Source: Eubacteriales bacterium
GTDB lineage: Bacteria; Bacillota; Clostridia; Oscillospirales; SIG627
Length of the DNA stretch: 64,000 nt
NCBI GenBank assembly: GCA_045602025.1
Contig: JAZSAT010000038.1
Coordinates: 36,157 to 100,156 of the forward strand
Direction: 5' to 3'
Of the stretch, positions 9,074 to 17,345 are shown in pieces. The notes beneath the pieces were generated by a model, which searched no databases, had not been told where the DNA came from, and was given only the letters and a program-made list of their open reading frames with translations. The position numbers and the translations under genes were made by a program. Within the stretch, counting starts at the first letter, position 1; each line of letters begins with the position of its first letter.

Positions 9074-10165
9074 ATGACCATTGTAATCCCGGCATACAAG
9101 CCCGACGAAAAGCTATTATCTCTTTTAGCGGAACTGAAGAATATCACCTCCTCCCGCATCATCCTTGTCAACGACGGTTCGGGAAAGGAATTTGACCCCA
9201 TATTTGAAAAAGCCGCTTCCCTTTGCGACAAAATTCTGATCCACGAGATCAATCGGGGAAAGGGCGCGGCAATGAAGACTGCCTTCGCCTATCTTTTGGA
9301 GAAAGGCATAGAAAAGGAAGCTGTCTGCACCGCAGATGCAGACGGTCAGCACCTTCCCTGTGATATTCTCAGCTGCCTGGACTGCGCAACAAAAAATCCG
9401 GGTGCTCTGGTTCTGGGCTCCCGCCATTTTACAGGAGATGTCCCTGCAAGAAGCCGTTTCGGCAACACAGTGTCCCGCCATACCTTCCGTCTTCTGATGG
9501 GCAAAATGGTGTACGACACCCAAACAGGCCTTCGCGCCTTCTCTCCCTCTCTGCTGCCCCAGATGCTCGCGATCAAAGAAGACCGTTACGAATACGAAAT
9601 GCAAATGCTTTGTAATGCCGTCCGCCAAAAGACCCCCATTGTAGAGGTGGAGATCAGCACGGTCTATCTGGAAGAAAACAAATCCAGCCACTTCAGCCCT
9701 CTGAAGGACTCCCTGAAGGTCTACGGCCTTTTGATCCGCTGTGCCTTAGGTCCCTTTTTTCAGGTGATCTCTTTTCTCTTTTCTTCTTGCTTTGCCTTTG
9801 TAGTGGATGGAATCGCCTTCTTCCTTCTCCTCCACCTTTTGATGCCCCTTCTTTTAGGTGATCAGACGGACCTTATCGATTTTACTTCCCTTTTGATCGC
9901 CCGTGTGATCTCCTCCGTCCTGAACTTTGCCATCAACGGCAAGGTGGTTTTCCGCAACACTAAAAATCCCACAAGAAGCTTTGTTCTTTATTTTCTCCTT
10001 GTGGCGGCGATCTTCTTCGCCAATGATTTTCTCATTGATCAGCTCCGCTACGGGCTAAAGCTGCATTCCGTTCCCGCCCATATTCTGGCACAGGCGATCT
10101 GCTTCCCCGTAAGCTTTTTTGTTCAGAAATACATTGTTTTTCCTCATAAAAAGGAGAAAAAATGA
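9074..10165 (+). CDS. Family 2 glycosyltransferase fused to a GtrA-like membrane domain (363 aa)
   Basis: The N-terminal GT2 part has IVIPAYKPDEK, LVNDGS and DADGQH (DxD-type). The C-terminal part has 4 TM helices with the GtrA-like signature SSVLNFAINGKVVFRN. Confidence 0.8.
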   Translation: MTIVIPAYKPDEKLLSLLAELKNITSSRIILVNDGSGKEFDPIFEKAASLCDKILIHEINRGKGAAMKTAFAYLLEKGIEKEAVCTADADGQHLPCDILSCLDCATKNPGALVLGSRHFTGDVPARSRFGNTVSRHTFRLLMGKMVYDTQTGLRAFSPSLLPQMLAIKEDRYEYEMQMLCNAVRQKTPIVEVEISTVYLEENKSSHFSPLKDSLKVYGLLIRCALGPFFQVISFLFSSCFAFVVDGIAFFLLLHLLMPLLLGDQTDLIDFTSLLIARVISSVLNFAINGKVVFRNTKNPTRSFVLYFLLVAAIFFANDFLIDQLRYGLKLHSVPAHILAQAICFPVSFFVQKYIVFPHKKEKK

Positions 10166-11100
10166 CAGGAGACAGAAACGCCCGCCTTTTCATCTCCTTT
10201 TTGATCGACCTTATTCTTTTAGGTATTTTTCTCTGTATATTCGCCCTGTTTCACCATGTGCTTCCCCGCAGAAGCGGTGAAGGATTCGCCAGCACGGTAG
10301 AAACAGAATTTTCAGATTTTTCGGAAAAATTCTCTCAATTCTTCACCGACGGCGAGATCATACAAGAAGACAACTTTTATAACGACGAAAACATCCATCT
10401 CACCCTGTCCTGTCACGCCGAAAACGGTGTTACCTATTATGTAGCGGATTTTTATCTTCGCGATGTATCATATCTGAAGACCGCAATGGCCTCCGAAGAA
10501 TTTTCCACAGGAGTCTCCGATTCCGTTTTGAATATGGCAATGAAAAACAATGCTCTTCTTGCCGTCTCCGGGGACTATTTCGGCATTCGGGAACGGGGAA
10601 TCGTCATCCGAAACGGCAAGATCTTCCGCAAAACAAAAGCCCATCAGGTCTGTGTCCTGTATCGTGACGGCACTGTGGAAACCTATCCCTTTGCAGATTT
10701 CGATGTGGAAAAGGCCATTGATCGCGGTGCCTGGCAAGCCTGGGATTTCGGCCCCCTTCTCCTTGACGAAAAGGGCAGGGCCATCTCCGATTTTGATACG
10801 GGCATATCAGGGAAAAACCCTCGCATCGGCATTGGCTATTATGAGCCCGGCCATTACTGTCTTGTTGCCATTGACGGAAGGCAAAGCCATTCCAAAGGAA
10901 TGACCCTTTCCGAAATGGCCTCTCTTTTTGAAGCGCTTGGCTGCAAAAGAGCCTATAATCTGGACGGCGGCCACTCTGCTGTTATGACCTATGAAAACAA
11001 GATCTACTCCTCCCCTTCCAAAGAAGGCGGAAGAGATATCAGCGATATTGTATATCTTTCCCCGGGAGGGAAAGATCCCATTTTCAAGGAGGAAGAATGA
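10162..11100 (+). CDS. Phosphodiester glycosidase family protein (NAGPA/DUF2233-like, membrane anchored, 312 aa)
   Basis: It has an N-terminal TM helix. The C-terminal block RIGIGYYEPGHYCLVAIDGRQ...GMTLSEMASLFEALGCKRAYNLDGGHSA is typical of the family. The start is ATGA-coupled to the upstream gene. Confidence 0.7.
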   Translation: MTGDRNARLFISFLIDLILLGIFLCIFALFHHVLPRRSGEGFASTVETEFSDFSEKFSQFFTDGEIIQEDNFYNDENIHLTLSCHAENGVTYYVADFYLRDVSYLKTAMASEEFSTGVSDSVLNMAMKNNALLAVSGDYFGIRERGIVIRNGKIFRKTKAHQVCVLYRDGTVETYPFADFDVEKAIDRGAWQAWDFGPLLLDEKGRAISDFDTGISGKNPRIGIGYYEPGHYCLVAIDGRQSHSKGMTLSEMASLFEALGCKRAYNLDGGHSAVMTYENKIYSSPSKEGGRDISDIVYLSPGGKDPIFKEEE

Positions 11101-11324
11101 AACGCTTTCTTTCGTGCATTTTCCGCATCATTCCCCATCTTTGTCTGATCCTTGCCCTGATGATGCTCACTTTTTTTACCATTGATCTTTTTAATCCCTC
11201 TATGGCATTTTTAAATAACACCCTAACCAAATATCTTTTGGCACTTTTTTCTCTTCTTTCTCTTATTCCCGCACTGTATATGATCCTAAAAGAAGAAAAA
11301 GGTCAGAAAACAGAAAGGAAATAA
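11097..11324 (+). CDS. Small membrane protein (75 aa, 2 TM)
   Basis: It is hydrophobic and ATGA-coupled to the upstream gene. I recognise no family. Confidence 0.5.
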   Translation: MKRFLSCIFRIIPHLCLILALMMLTFFTIDLFNPSMAFLNNTLTKYLLALFSLLSLIPALYMILKEEKGQKTERK

Positions 11325-11325
11325 T

Positions 11326-12279
11326 ATGAAACAAAACCGAAATCTCTTAACATACACGGTGGTCCTCATTGCCGTTCTCATCCCCCCTGCCCTGGCACTC
11401 AGACTCTATGCATACTTTTACGATCTGGATGTTGCAACAGGCTTTTTCCTGGCAAAAAGCACCGCTTGCACCGTCTACAACGGAATCGGAATTTTTGTCT
11501 TTCTTTTGTGCCTTCTTCTCGGCGCACTGAAAAAAGACCTTCCCTCTCCCAAGAGAAAAGAAAAAATAACAGAGGAAGAAGGCACCGCTGTTTTTGACGA
11601 AGCCTTCTCCTTTCCGGAAGAAAAAGAAAGTCTGATCCTGGAGGAGGAAGATGTTTTCAAAGCCCCCCCTTTAAACCTTCCCCTTTTGGAGGGAAGTGCA
11701 AAAAAAGCATCCCTCTGGACCGGGACCCTTTCCGCCTTTGCATCCTTTTTACCCGGCTTTGCCTTTGCCGCTTATGCCGTGGTCTTCTTTATGCAAAATA
11801 AAACTGCGGGAACTGCATTTTTCTCCGCTCACGGGGTCCTCTCCCTTCTCAGCGGCCTCTTTTTCCTGATTTTTTCTCTTCGGAACTCCCCCAAAAAAAG
11901 CAAAGTCATTTCCTTTTTTGCATTGGTACCCGCCTTTTGGTGCACGCTGCGTATGGTGATCGAATATCGGGACCTGACCCGCTTTATGAATAAGCCACTC
12001 TATGTGGGACAGTTTCTGTTTATCATTTCCGCTTTGGTCTTCTTTTTGTATCAGGCAGAGCTTCTTTTGGGCGAAAAGAATTTTTCCAACCCCAATTTTT
12101 ACGCTTTCTTTGCCGCCAGCACCCTCTTTTTCGGCTTATCGGCAAGACTTTCCCAGCTGATCGCAGCCTTTGGAGGCGTGATCTCTCTTGACCTGATCGA
12201 TGCCGCTGCTATGCTCATTGATCTTACCATTACTCTTTTTGCGGCAACAAAGCTTTCATCCCTTCTAAAAAAAGACTGA
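11326..12279 (+). CDS. Multi-pass membrane protein with an acidic cytoplasmic loop (317 aa)
   Basis: It starts 2 nt after the previous stop. It has several TM segments and a loop of sequence EEEGTAVFDEAFSFPEEKESLILEEED. I recognise no family. Confidence 0.55.
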   Translation: MKQNRNLLTYTVVLIAVLIPPALALRLYAYFYDLDVATGFFLAKSTACTVYNGIGIFVFLLCLLLGALKKDLPSPKRKEKITEEEGTAVFDEAFSFPEEKESLILEEEDVFKAPPLNLPLLEGSAKKASLWTGTLSAFASFLPGFAFAAYAVVFFMQNKTAGTAFFSAHGVLSLLSGLFFLIFSLRNSPKKSKVISFFALVPAFWCTLRMVIEYRDLTRFMNKPLYVGQFLFIISALVFFLYQAELLLGEKNFSNPNFYAFFAASTLFFGLSARLSQLIAAFGGVISLDLIDAAAMLIDLTITLFAATKLSSLLKKD

Positions 12280-12306
12280 AAATGACAAAAATATCCTTTT
12301 CACCTC

Positions 12307-12336
12307 TTTACAAAACACCCGATTTTGTAGTATAAT
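12307..12336 (+). promoter_or_regulatory. Putative promoter TTTACA-18-TATAAT
   Basis: The -35 is at 12307-12312 and the -10 at 12331-12336, 44 nt upstream of pduL. The SD is ataggagat. Confidence 0.45.
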
Positions 12337-12379
12337 AAGGCGGTTAAGCCAATAATAACAAAGATAGGAGATACCAATT

Positions 12380-12952
12380 ATGGAAAAGAAAGTACTTGTT
12401 GAAACTTCCGCTCGTCATGTGCACCTGTCTCAGGAACACATTGAGGCACTCTTTGGCAAGGGATACCAGCTCACCCACAAGAAAGATCTTTCTCAGCCCG
12501 GTCAGTACGCTTGCGAAGAAAGAGTTGACATCACCGGACCCAAGGGTACCATTAAGAATGTTATCATCCTCGGACCTGCTCGTCCCGCTTCTCAGGTAGA
12601 GGTTTCCGCTACCGATGCAAGAACTCTGGGCATCAAAGCTCCCATCCGCGAATCCGGCGACGTTGCCGCTTCCGGTGCTTGCACCATCAGTGTCGGCGAC
12701 AAGAAAGTAGAATGCGCTGAGGGCGTGATCGTTGCAAAGCGTCACATCCACTTCACTCCCGAAGATGCTGCCGCTTTCGGCGTAGCTGATAAGCAGATCG
12801 TAAAGGTACGCGTAGAGGGCGAAAGAGCACTCATTTTCGATGAGGTTGTAGTAAGAGTCAGCGAGAAATTCGCAGCTGCTATGCACATCGATACCGACGA
12901 ATCCAACGCCGCCTGTGCCGCTCCCGGTACCATGGGCGTTTTGGTTGACTAA
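12380..12952 (+). CDS. pduL: Phosphate propanoyl/acyl-transferase PduL (190 aa)
   Basis: It has the duplicated PduL signature: SARHVHLSQEHIEALFG...LGPARPASQVEVSATDA, then KRHIHFTPEDA...AAAMHIDTDESNAA. Confidence 0.85.
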   Translation: MEKKVLVETSARHVHLSQEHIEALFGKGYQLTHKKDLSQPGQYACEERVDITGPKGTIKNVIILGPARPASQVEVSATDARTLGIKAPIRESGDVAASGACTISVGDKKVECAEGVIVAKRHIHFTPEDAAAFGVADKQIVKVRVEGERALIFDEVVVRVSEKFAAAMHIDTDESNAACAAPGTMGVLVD

Positions 12953-12975
12953 AAAATAAAGAAAGGAAATTCAAA

Positions 12976-13671
12976 ATGAACATGTTTACCGAAGACGTAC
13001 AGAACATGTGCGTTGTGGCAAAAGGCCCCAAGCACGGCCCCGCTCCCATCCCCGAAGAAGGCAGATGGGTCAAGGCTTATGATGTGACCGACATTTCCGG
13101 TCTCTCCCACGGCATCGGTTGGTGCGCACCCCAGCAGGGTATGTGCAAGCTGACCCTCAATGTAAAGAAAGGTATCATCGAAGAAGCACTGGTAGAAACC
13201 AGCGGCTGCTCCGGTATGACCCACTCCGCTGCTATGGCAGCTGAGATCCTTCAGGGCAAGACCATTCTGGAAGCTCTGAACACCGACCTTGTATGCGACG
13301 CGATCAATGTTGCAATGCGCGAGATCTTCCTTCAGCTGGTTTACGGCAGAACCCAGACCGCTTTCTCCGAAGACGGCCTTCCCATCGGTTCTACTCTCGA
13401 CGACCTTGGTAAGGGTCTGAGAAGCCAGGTTGGTACCATTTTTGCTACCAACGAGAAGGGTGTTCGCTACCTGGAAATGGCAGAGGGCTATATCCTCTCT
13501 CTCGGTCTTGACGAAGACAATGAGATCATCGGCTACAAATTCGTTCACCTTGGAAAGATGATGGAAGCGATCCGTCACGGCAAAGATCCCAAGGAAGCTT
13601 ACGAGAGCAATGTAAAGAGCTACGGCAGATACGATTCCGCAGTGAAGTACATTGATCCCCGTGAAGAGTAA
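12976..13671 (+). CDS. NifU/IscU-like iron-sulfur scaffold-like protein (231 aa)
   Basis: It has IscU-like blocks GIGWCAPQQGMCKLTL and VETSGCSGMTHSAAMAAEILQGKTILEA. It carries a long extra C-terminal domain. Confidence 0.6.
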   Translation: MNMFTEDVQNMCVVAKGPKHGPAPIPEEGRWVKAYDVTDISGLSHGIGWCAPQQGMCKLTLNVKKGIIEEALVETSGCSGMTHSAAMAAEILQGKTILEALNTDLVCDAINVAMREIFLQLVYGRTQTAFSEDGLPIGSTLDDLGKGLRSQVGTIFATNEKGVRYLEMAEGYILSLGLDEDNEIIGYKFVHLGKMMEAIRHGKDPKEAYESNVKSYGRYDSAVKYIDPREE

Positions 13672-13683
13672 GGAGGCATAACG

Positions 13684-14685
13684 ATGGTTAAATTTGAAGG
13701 TTACGAAAGAAGAATTGATAAAATCAATGAATGCCTCAAAGAGTACGGCATTGCTTCTTTGGAAGAAGCTCAGAAGATCTGCTTGGATCTGGGCGTTGAT
13801 GTTGACGCACTTGTAAAAGGCGTACAGCCCATCGCATTTGAAAATGCTTCCTGGGCATATACCCTCGGTGCTGCAATCGCAGTAAAGAAGGGTGTGAAAG
13901 ATGCTGCTGAGGCTGCCGAAGCAATCGGTATCGGTCTCCAGGCATTCTGTATCCACGGCTCCGTTGCTGAAACCAGAAATGTAGGTCTCGGCCACGGTAA
14001 TCTGGCTGCTATGCTTCTCAGAGAAGAGACCAAGTGCTTCTGCTTCCTGGCAGGTCACGAGTCCTTCGCAGCTGCAGAAGGCGCAATCGGTATTGCAAAG
14101 ACCGCAAACAAGGTTCGTAAAGAGCCCCTCCAGATCATCCTGAACGGTCTCGGCAAGGACGCTGCTCACATTATCAGTAGAATCAACGGCTTCACCTATG
14201 TGCAGACCGAGTTTGATTTCACCGAGAACAAGCTGAATGTAATCAAGTCCAAGGCTTATTCCGACGGCGAAAGAGCAAAGGTTCGTTGCTACGGTTCTAA
14301 CGACGTTCTGGAAGGTGTTGCAATCATGCAGCACGAGTCTGTTGACGTATCCATCACCGGTAACTCCACCAACCCCACCAGATTCCAGCACCCCGTTGCA
14401 GGTACCTATAAGAAGTGGGCGATCGAAAACGGCAAGAAGTACTTCTCCGTAGCTTCCGGCGGCGGTACCGGCAGAACCCTCCATCCCGATAACATGGCTG
14501 CAGGCCCTGCTTCCTACGGTATGACCGATACCATGGGCCGTATGCACGGCGATGCTCAGTTCGCAGGTTCCTCCTCCGTTCCCGCCCATGTTGAAATGAT
14601 GGGTCTGATCGGCGCAGGTAACAACCCCATGGTAGGTATGACGGTTGCAGTAGCAGTTGAGATCTCCATGGCTCTGAACAAATAA
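13684..14685 (+). CDS. GGGtGRT family protein (uncharacterised, 333 aa)
   Basis: It contains the family-naming motif literally (FSVASGGGTGRTLHPDN). Confidence 0.8.
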   Translation: MVKFEGYERRIDKINECLKEYGIASLEEAQKICLDLGVDVDALVKGVQPIAFENASWAYTLGAAIAVKKGVKDAAEAAEAIGIGLQAFCIHGSVAETRNVGLGHGNLAAMLLREETKCFCFLAGHESFAAAEGAIGIAKTANKVRKEPLQIILNGLGKDAAHIISRINGFTYVQTEFDFTENKLNVIKSKAYSDGERAKVRCYGSNDVLEGVAIMQHESVDVSITGNSTNPTRFQHPVAGTYKKWAIENGKKYFSVASGGGTGRTLHPDNMAAGPASYGMTDTMGRMHGDAQFAGSSSVPAHVEMMGLIGAGNNPMVGMTVAVAVEISMALNK

Positions 14686-14700
14686 GGCTTATATAAATGA

Positions 14701-14733
14701 AAAAGAACTGTCCTGTCGGACAGTTCTTTTTTT
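14701..14733 (+). terminator. Rho-independent terminator (copy 1 of a 35-nt repeat)
   Basis: The hairpin agaactgtcc/tgtc/ggacagttct is followed by T7. It lies 12 nt after the GGGtGRT stop. Confidence 0.8.
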
Positions 14734-14765
14734 CGAAAAATATTGGGTATAGACGTCTTTTTTTA

Positions 14766-15494
14766 TCAAACTTCCAAATCAGTAAAACAGGATGGACAGC
14801 ATATCTCTTTACAACCGTCAGGCAATTCAAACTCGGCTCCACACCGAGGACAAACACCGATAGAAGCGGCCTTCACAGGCTTGCACATGCGTTTTTCATT
14901 GGTAATCTTCTCTCCACGCTTCACCCTATCATTATTTTCTGATTCGTTCTCCTCGGAAGAAACGCATTCCATGTGTTTTTGAATCATTTGATCAATGGTC
15001 GCAGCTGCTTCTTCTGCATCATCCAAGCAAAGCTCTATAACACCGGTTCTGTGATAAACAGAAAAGTTCGTCCTTTTCCATTTTGGAATGCTTTCCTCAT
15101 AATCAATCTTCTGAATATCGGTATATTCCAATCGAATAGAATTTTTGATAGGGGGCTTTCTTTCAGAAGTCTGGGAATTATAGATAATCAAAATATGAGA
15201 TTTGTATACTTCCAAGCAGGACAACTCTACCCCTTGCAAAGCATTTGCAGCAGTCATCGCATCAAAAATACAAATTCCAAACATAATAATTAAGAATAAT
15301 ATCCAAAACACGCTATACTGTTGCTCATCTGTCATACTACCATTGATCAGACTGTTAAAATCAGGAATCTCAAATTTAAAAAAATTCCCAGAAAACGCAA
15401 GACCGAACGCAGGAAGCGCTGCTAAAAGCAATGAATTTTTTCTTCTCTTGCTATAGAAATTATACACTGTCCCATTATAAGTAAACTTTTTCAT
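14766..15494 (-). CDS. Membrane protein with C-terminal zinc ribbon (242 aa)
   Basis: It has two TM helices near the N-terminus and a C-terminal motif CPRCGAEFELPDGCKEICCPSC. I recognise no family. Confidence 0.55.
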   Translation of the reverse strand: MKKFTYNGTVYNFYSKRRKNSLLLAALPAFGLAFSGNFFKFEIPDFNSLINGSMTDEQQYSVFWILFLIIMFGICIFDAMTAANALQGVELSCLEVYKSHILIIYNSQTSERKPPIKNSIRLEYTDIQKIDYEESIPKWKRTNFSVYHRTGVIELCLDDAEEAAATIDQMIQKHMECVSSEENESENNDRVKRGEKITNEKRMCKPVKAASIGVCPRCGAEFELPDGCKEICCPSCFTDLEV

Positions 15495-15505
15495 GTCCCC
15501 TCCTT

Positions 15506-15576
15506 AGTACTTATAAGTACTACAAAAGTAGAATATCATATTTTTGTGGTAAAGTCAAGTAGTACTATTCTGTACT
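15506..15576. promoter_or_regulatory. Two AGTAC..GTACT palindromes in a divergent promoter region
   Basis: The first is agtacttataagtact (15506-15521, a perfect 16-bp palindrome). The second is agtactattctgtact (15561-15576). Both lie between the divergent zinc-ribbon and XRE genes. Confidence 0.45.
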
Positions 15577-15596
15577 ATCAAAGGAGGACTTCTTTT

Positions 15597-15851
15597 TTGT
15601 ATTTAAAAAGATTGCGGGATCTGCGAGAAGATCACGACCGGAAACAAACCCAAATTGCCGATTACCTCGGCATCCAGCAGACCGTTTACTCACGATACGA
15701 AAGAGGATTTCAAACAATTCCCTTGGAATTTTTGATTCGATTAGCTGACTATTACGGCGTTTCTACAGACTATATTCTGGAACGAACAGACGATCCCCGA
15801 ATCATAACCAACAAATCAAAGAGTGATTTACACCTTCATAAAAAGGATTAA
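15597..15851 (+). CDS. XRE family HTH transcriptional regulator (84 aa)
   Basis: A TTG start lies 8 nt after AGGAGG (15583-15588). The HTH is QTQIADYLGIQQTVYSRYERG. The ORF-track GTG start at 15546 lacks an SD. Confidence 0.7.
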   Translation: MYLKRLRDLREDHDRKQTQIADYLGIQQTVYSRYERGFQTIPLEFLIRLADYYGVSTDYILERTDDPRIITNKSKSDLHLHKKD

Positions 15852-15870
15852 TTCCGGCAAAGCCAAAACA

Positions 15871-15903
15871 AAAAGAACTGTCCTTTCGGACAGTTCTTTT
15901 TTT
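15871..15903. terminator. Bidirectional terminator (copy 2 of the 35-nt repeat)
   Basis: The hairpin agaactgtcc/tttc/ggacagttct is followed by a T-run. It differs from the 14701 copy by one loop base and abuts the stop of the 15904 gene. Confidence 0.8.
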
Positions 15904-17220
15904 CTACAAAATAGCCTTCGAATATTCCTCCATAAGTCCCAGATCCCAAAGAAGGCGGGAAAGCACATACTTATCCCGAATATCTCCCGTAAAGCGGAAG
16001 GTATCGGGGGTGAGAGTATTTTGAATGCCGATCTCTTCGGGAGTCATGGGAAGGGAGATCTTTTTATAAAGGGCAGCAAGCTCTTCCTGCGAGGGTACCT
16101 CCTCCCGAATGATCTCTACGATCTTCTCCCAATGGGACAAAATGGCATCCAGCCTCTTTTCGTGGAGGGCAGGATCGTACTTTTTCTCTTTTTTCTCCAA
16201 GGCGATCATGGGCTCCGCACTGCTGCCAAGGAATGCGCGAAGTGCCTTGTTGTGCTCCTCTAAGGAATAATTCCTCGCGTGATTAAGTGCCTTTTCTCTG
16301 TCGGGCGTTTCGCTGAGAAGCTTTGCATAAAGGCGGGCAGCGATGAGTGTACCCACCGCACACTGAAGACCGTGAAGCTCATAGGGCTCCCCTCTCTCCA
16401 GGGCTCGCATTTCCCAAACATGGGAAATATAATGCTCCACACCGGAAGCAGGACGGGATACCCCCGCAAAGGACATTGCCATTCCGCCTAAAACAAGCCC
16501 CTCGAATACCGCCTCTACCGCCGCATCTTCGCGGGCAAGAAGGCCTTCGGCGTTGGAAGTGCATTTTTGTAATGCTTTGCGCACAAGATCTGCAATTTCC
16601 TCGCAGTAGTATTCCCCCGTTACAAGATGCCCGATCCGCCATTCGCAAATACTGATATACTTTGCCAGCATATCACCAAGACCGGAGCGCAGCATTTTCA
16701 TCGGCGCGTTTTTCAAAATATCCGTATCTCCAATGATAACCGAGGCACAGCGGGAGGGCAGGGAGACCTTCACACCGCCCCGCACCATAGAAGAGGTTTC
16801 CGAGGCAAAGCCGTCCATAGAGGGAGCCGTTGCCACCGTGATCAGGGTTTTATCTGCCGCAAAACAAAGAAGCTTTGCCAGATCTCCGATGACACCGCTG
16901 CCGATGGCGATCACACAGTCACAGGAAGGGGTAAAATGCATAACCACTTCCCCCATCGCCTCTTCACTGGGCTCGGGATTCTTTTTGGATAAAATACATT
17001 CGGAATATAAAATTCCCTTTTCGGAAAGAATCTTTTTTACCTTCTCCCCTGCTGCCCTTTCGGTGTTAGGGTCAGAGAGAAGATATGGCTTTTTAAGTCC
17101 CCTTTTATTAAGAACATCGGGGAGGGATTGAAGGACACCCTTGCCCGACAGGATCTCTTCTACACGGCTTTCGTGCATTTTTCCGCATACCTTGCACGGA
17201 TTTTGAAACTGAAATTTCAT
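15904..17220 (-). CDS. sn-glycerol-1-phosphate dehydrogenase-like / iron-containing alcohol dehydrogenase family protein (438 aa)
   Basis: The start MKFQFQNPC has the SD gagaggaaag. It contains DHQS/Fe-ADH fold motifs (GSGVIGDLAK, SGVEHYISHVWE). Confidence 0.65.
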   Translation of the reverse strand: MKFQFQNPCKVCGKMHESRVEEILSGKGVLQSLPDVLNKRGLKKPYLLSDPNTERAAGEKVKKILSEKGILYSECILSKKNPEPSEEAMGEVVMHFTPSCDCVIAIGSGVIGDLAKLLCFAADKTLITVATAPSMDGFASETSSMVRGGVKVSLPSRCASVIIGDTDILKNAPMKMLRSGLGDMLAKYISICEWRIGHLVTGEYYCEEIADLVRKALQKCTSNAEGLLAREDAAVEAVFEGLVLGGMAMSFAGVSRPASGVEHYISHVWEMRALERGEPYELHGLQCAVGTLIAARLYAKLLSETPDREKALNHARNYSLEEHNKALRAFLGSSAEPMIALEKKEKKYDPALHEKRLDAILSHWEKIVEIIREEVPSQEELAALYKKISLPMTPEEIGIQNTLTPDTFRFTGDIRDKYVLSRLLWDLGLMEEYSKAIL

Positions 17221-17345
17221 TTGCTTTCCTCTCATTCTCATTTTACAAAACCATTATAAAGCACCCCGATTAAAATTACAATCTTTTTCTCTCAATACAA
17301 TTGCTTTTACGGCCAAACCATAGTAAAATAAATCGAGGTGATCGG

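Noticed and set aside
8914-9252. 112-aa minus-strand ORF across the 8875-9073 intergenic region
   Set aside because: It spans a promoter region and the 5' end of the GT2 gene, and it has no SD or motif.
12949-14589. 546-aa minus-strand ORF, the longest ORF in this part of the window
   Set aside because: It is exactly codon-aligned antisense to the NifU-like and GGGtGRT genes, which have clear family motifs and SD sites. It stays open only because the sense genes lack TTA, CTA and TCA codons. Its translation is low-complexity (G/A/V/S-rich) with no start context.
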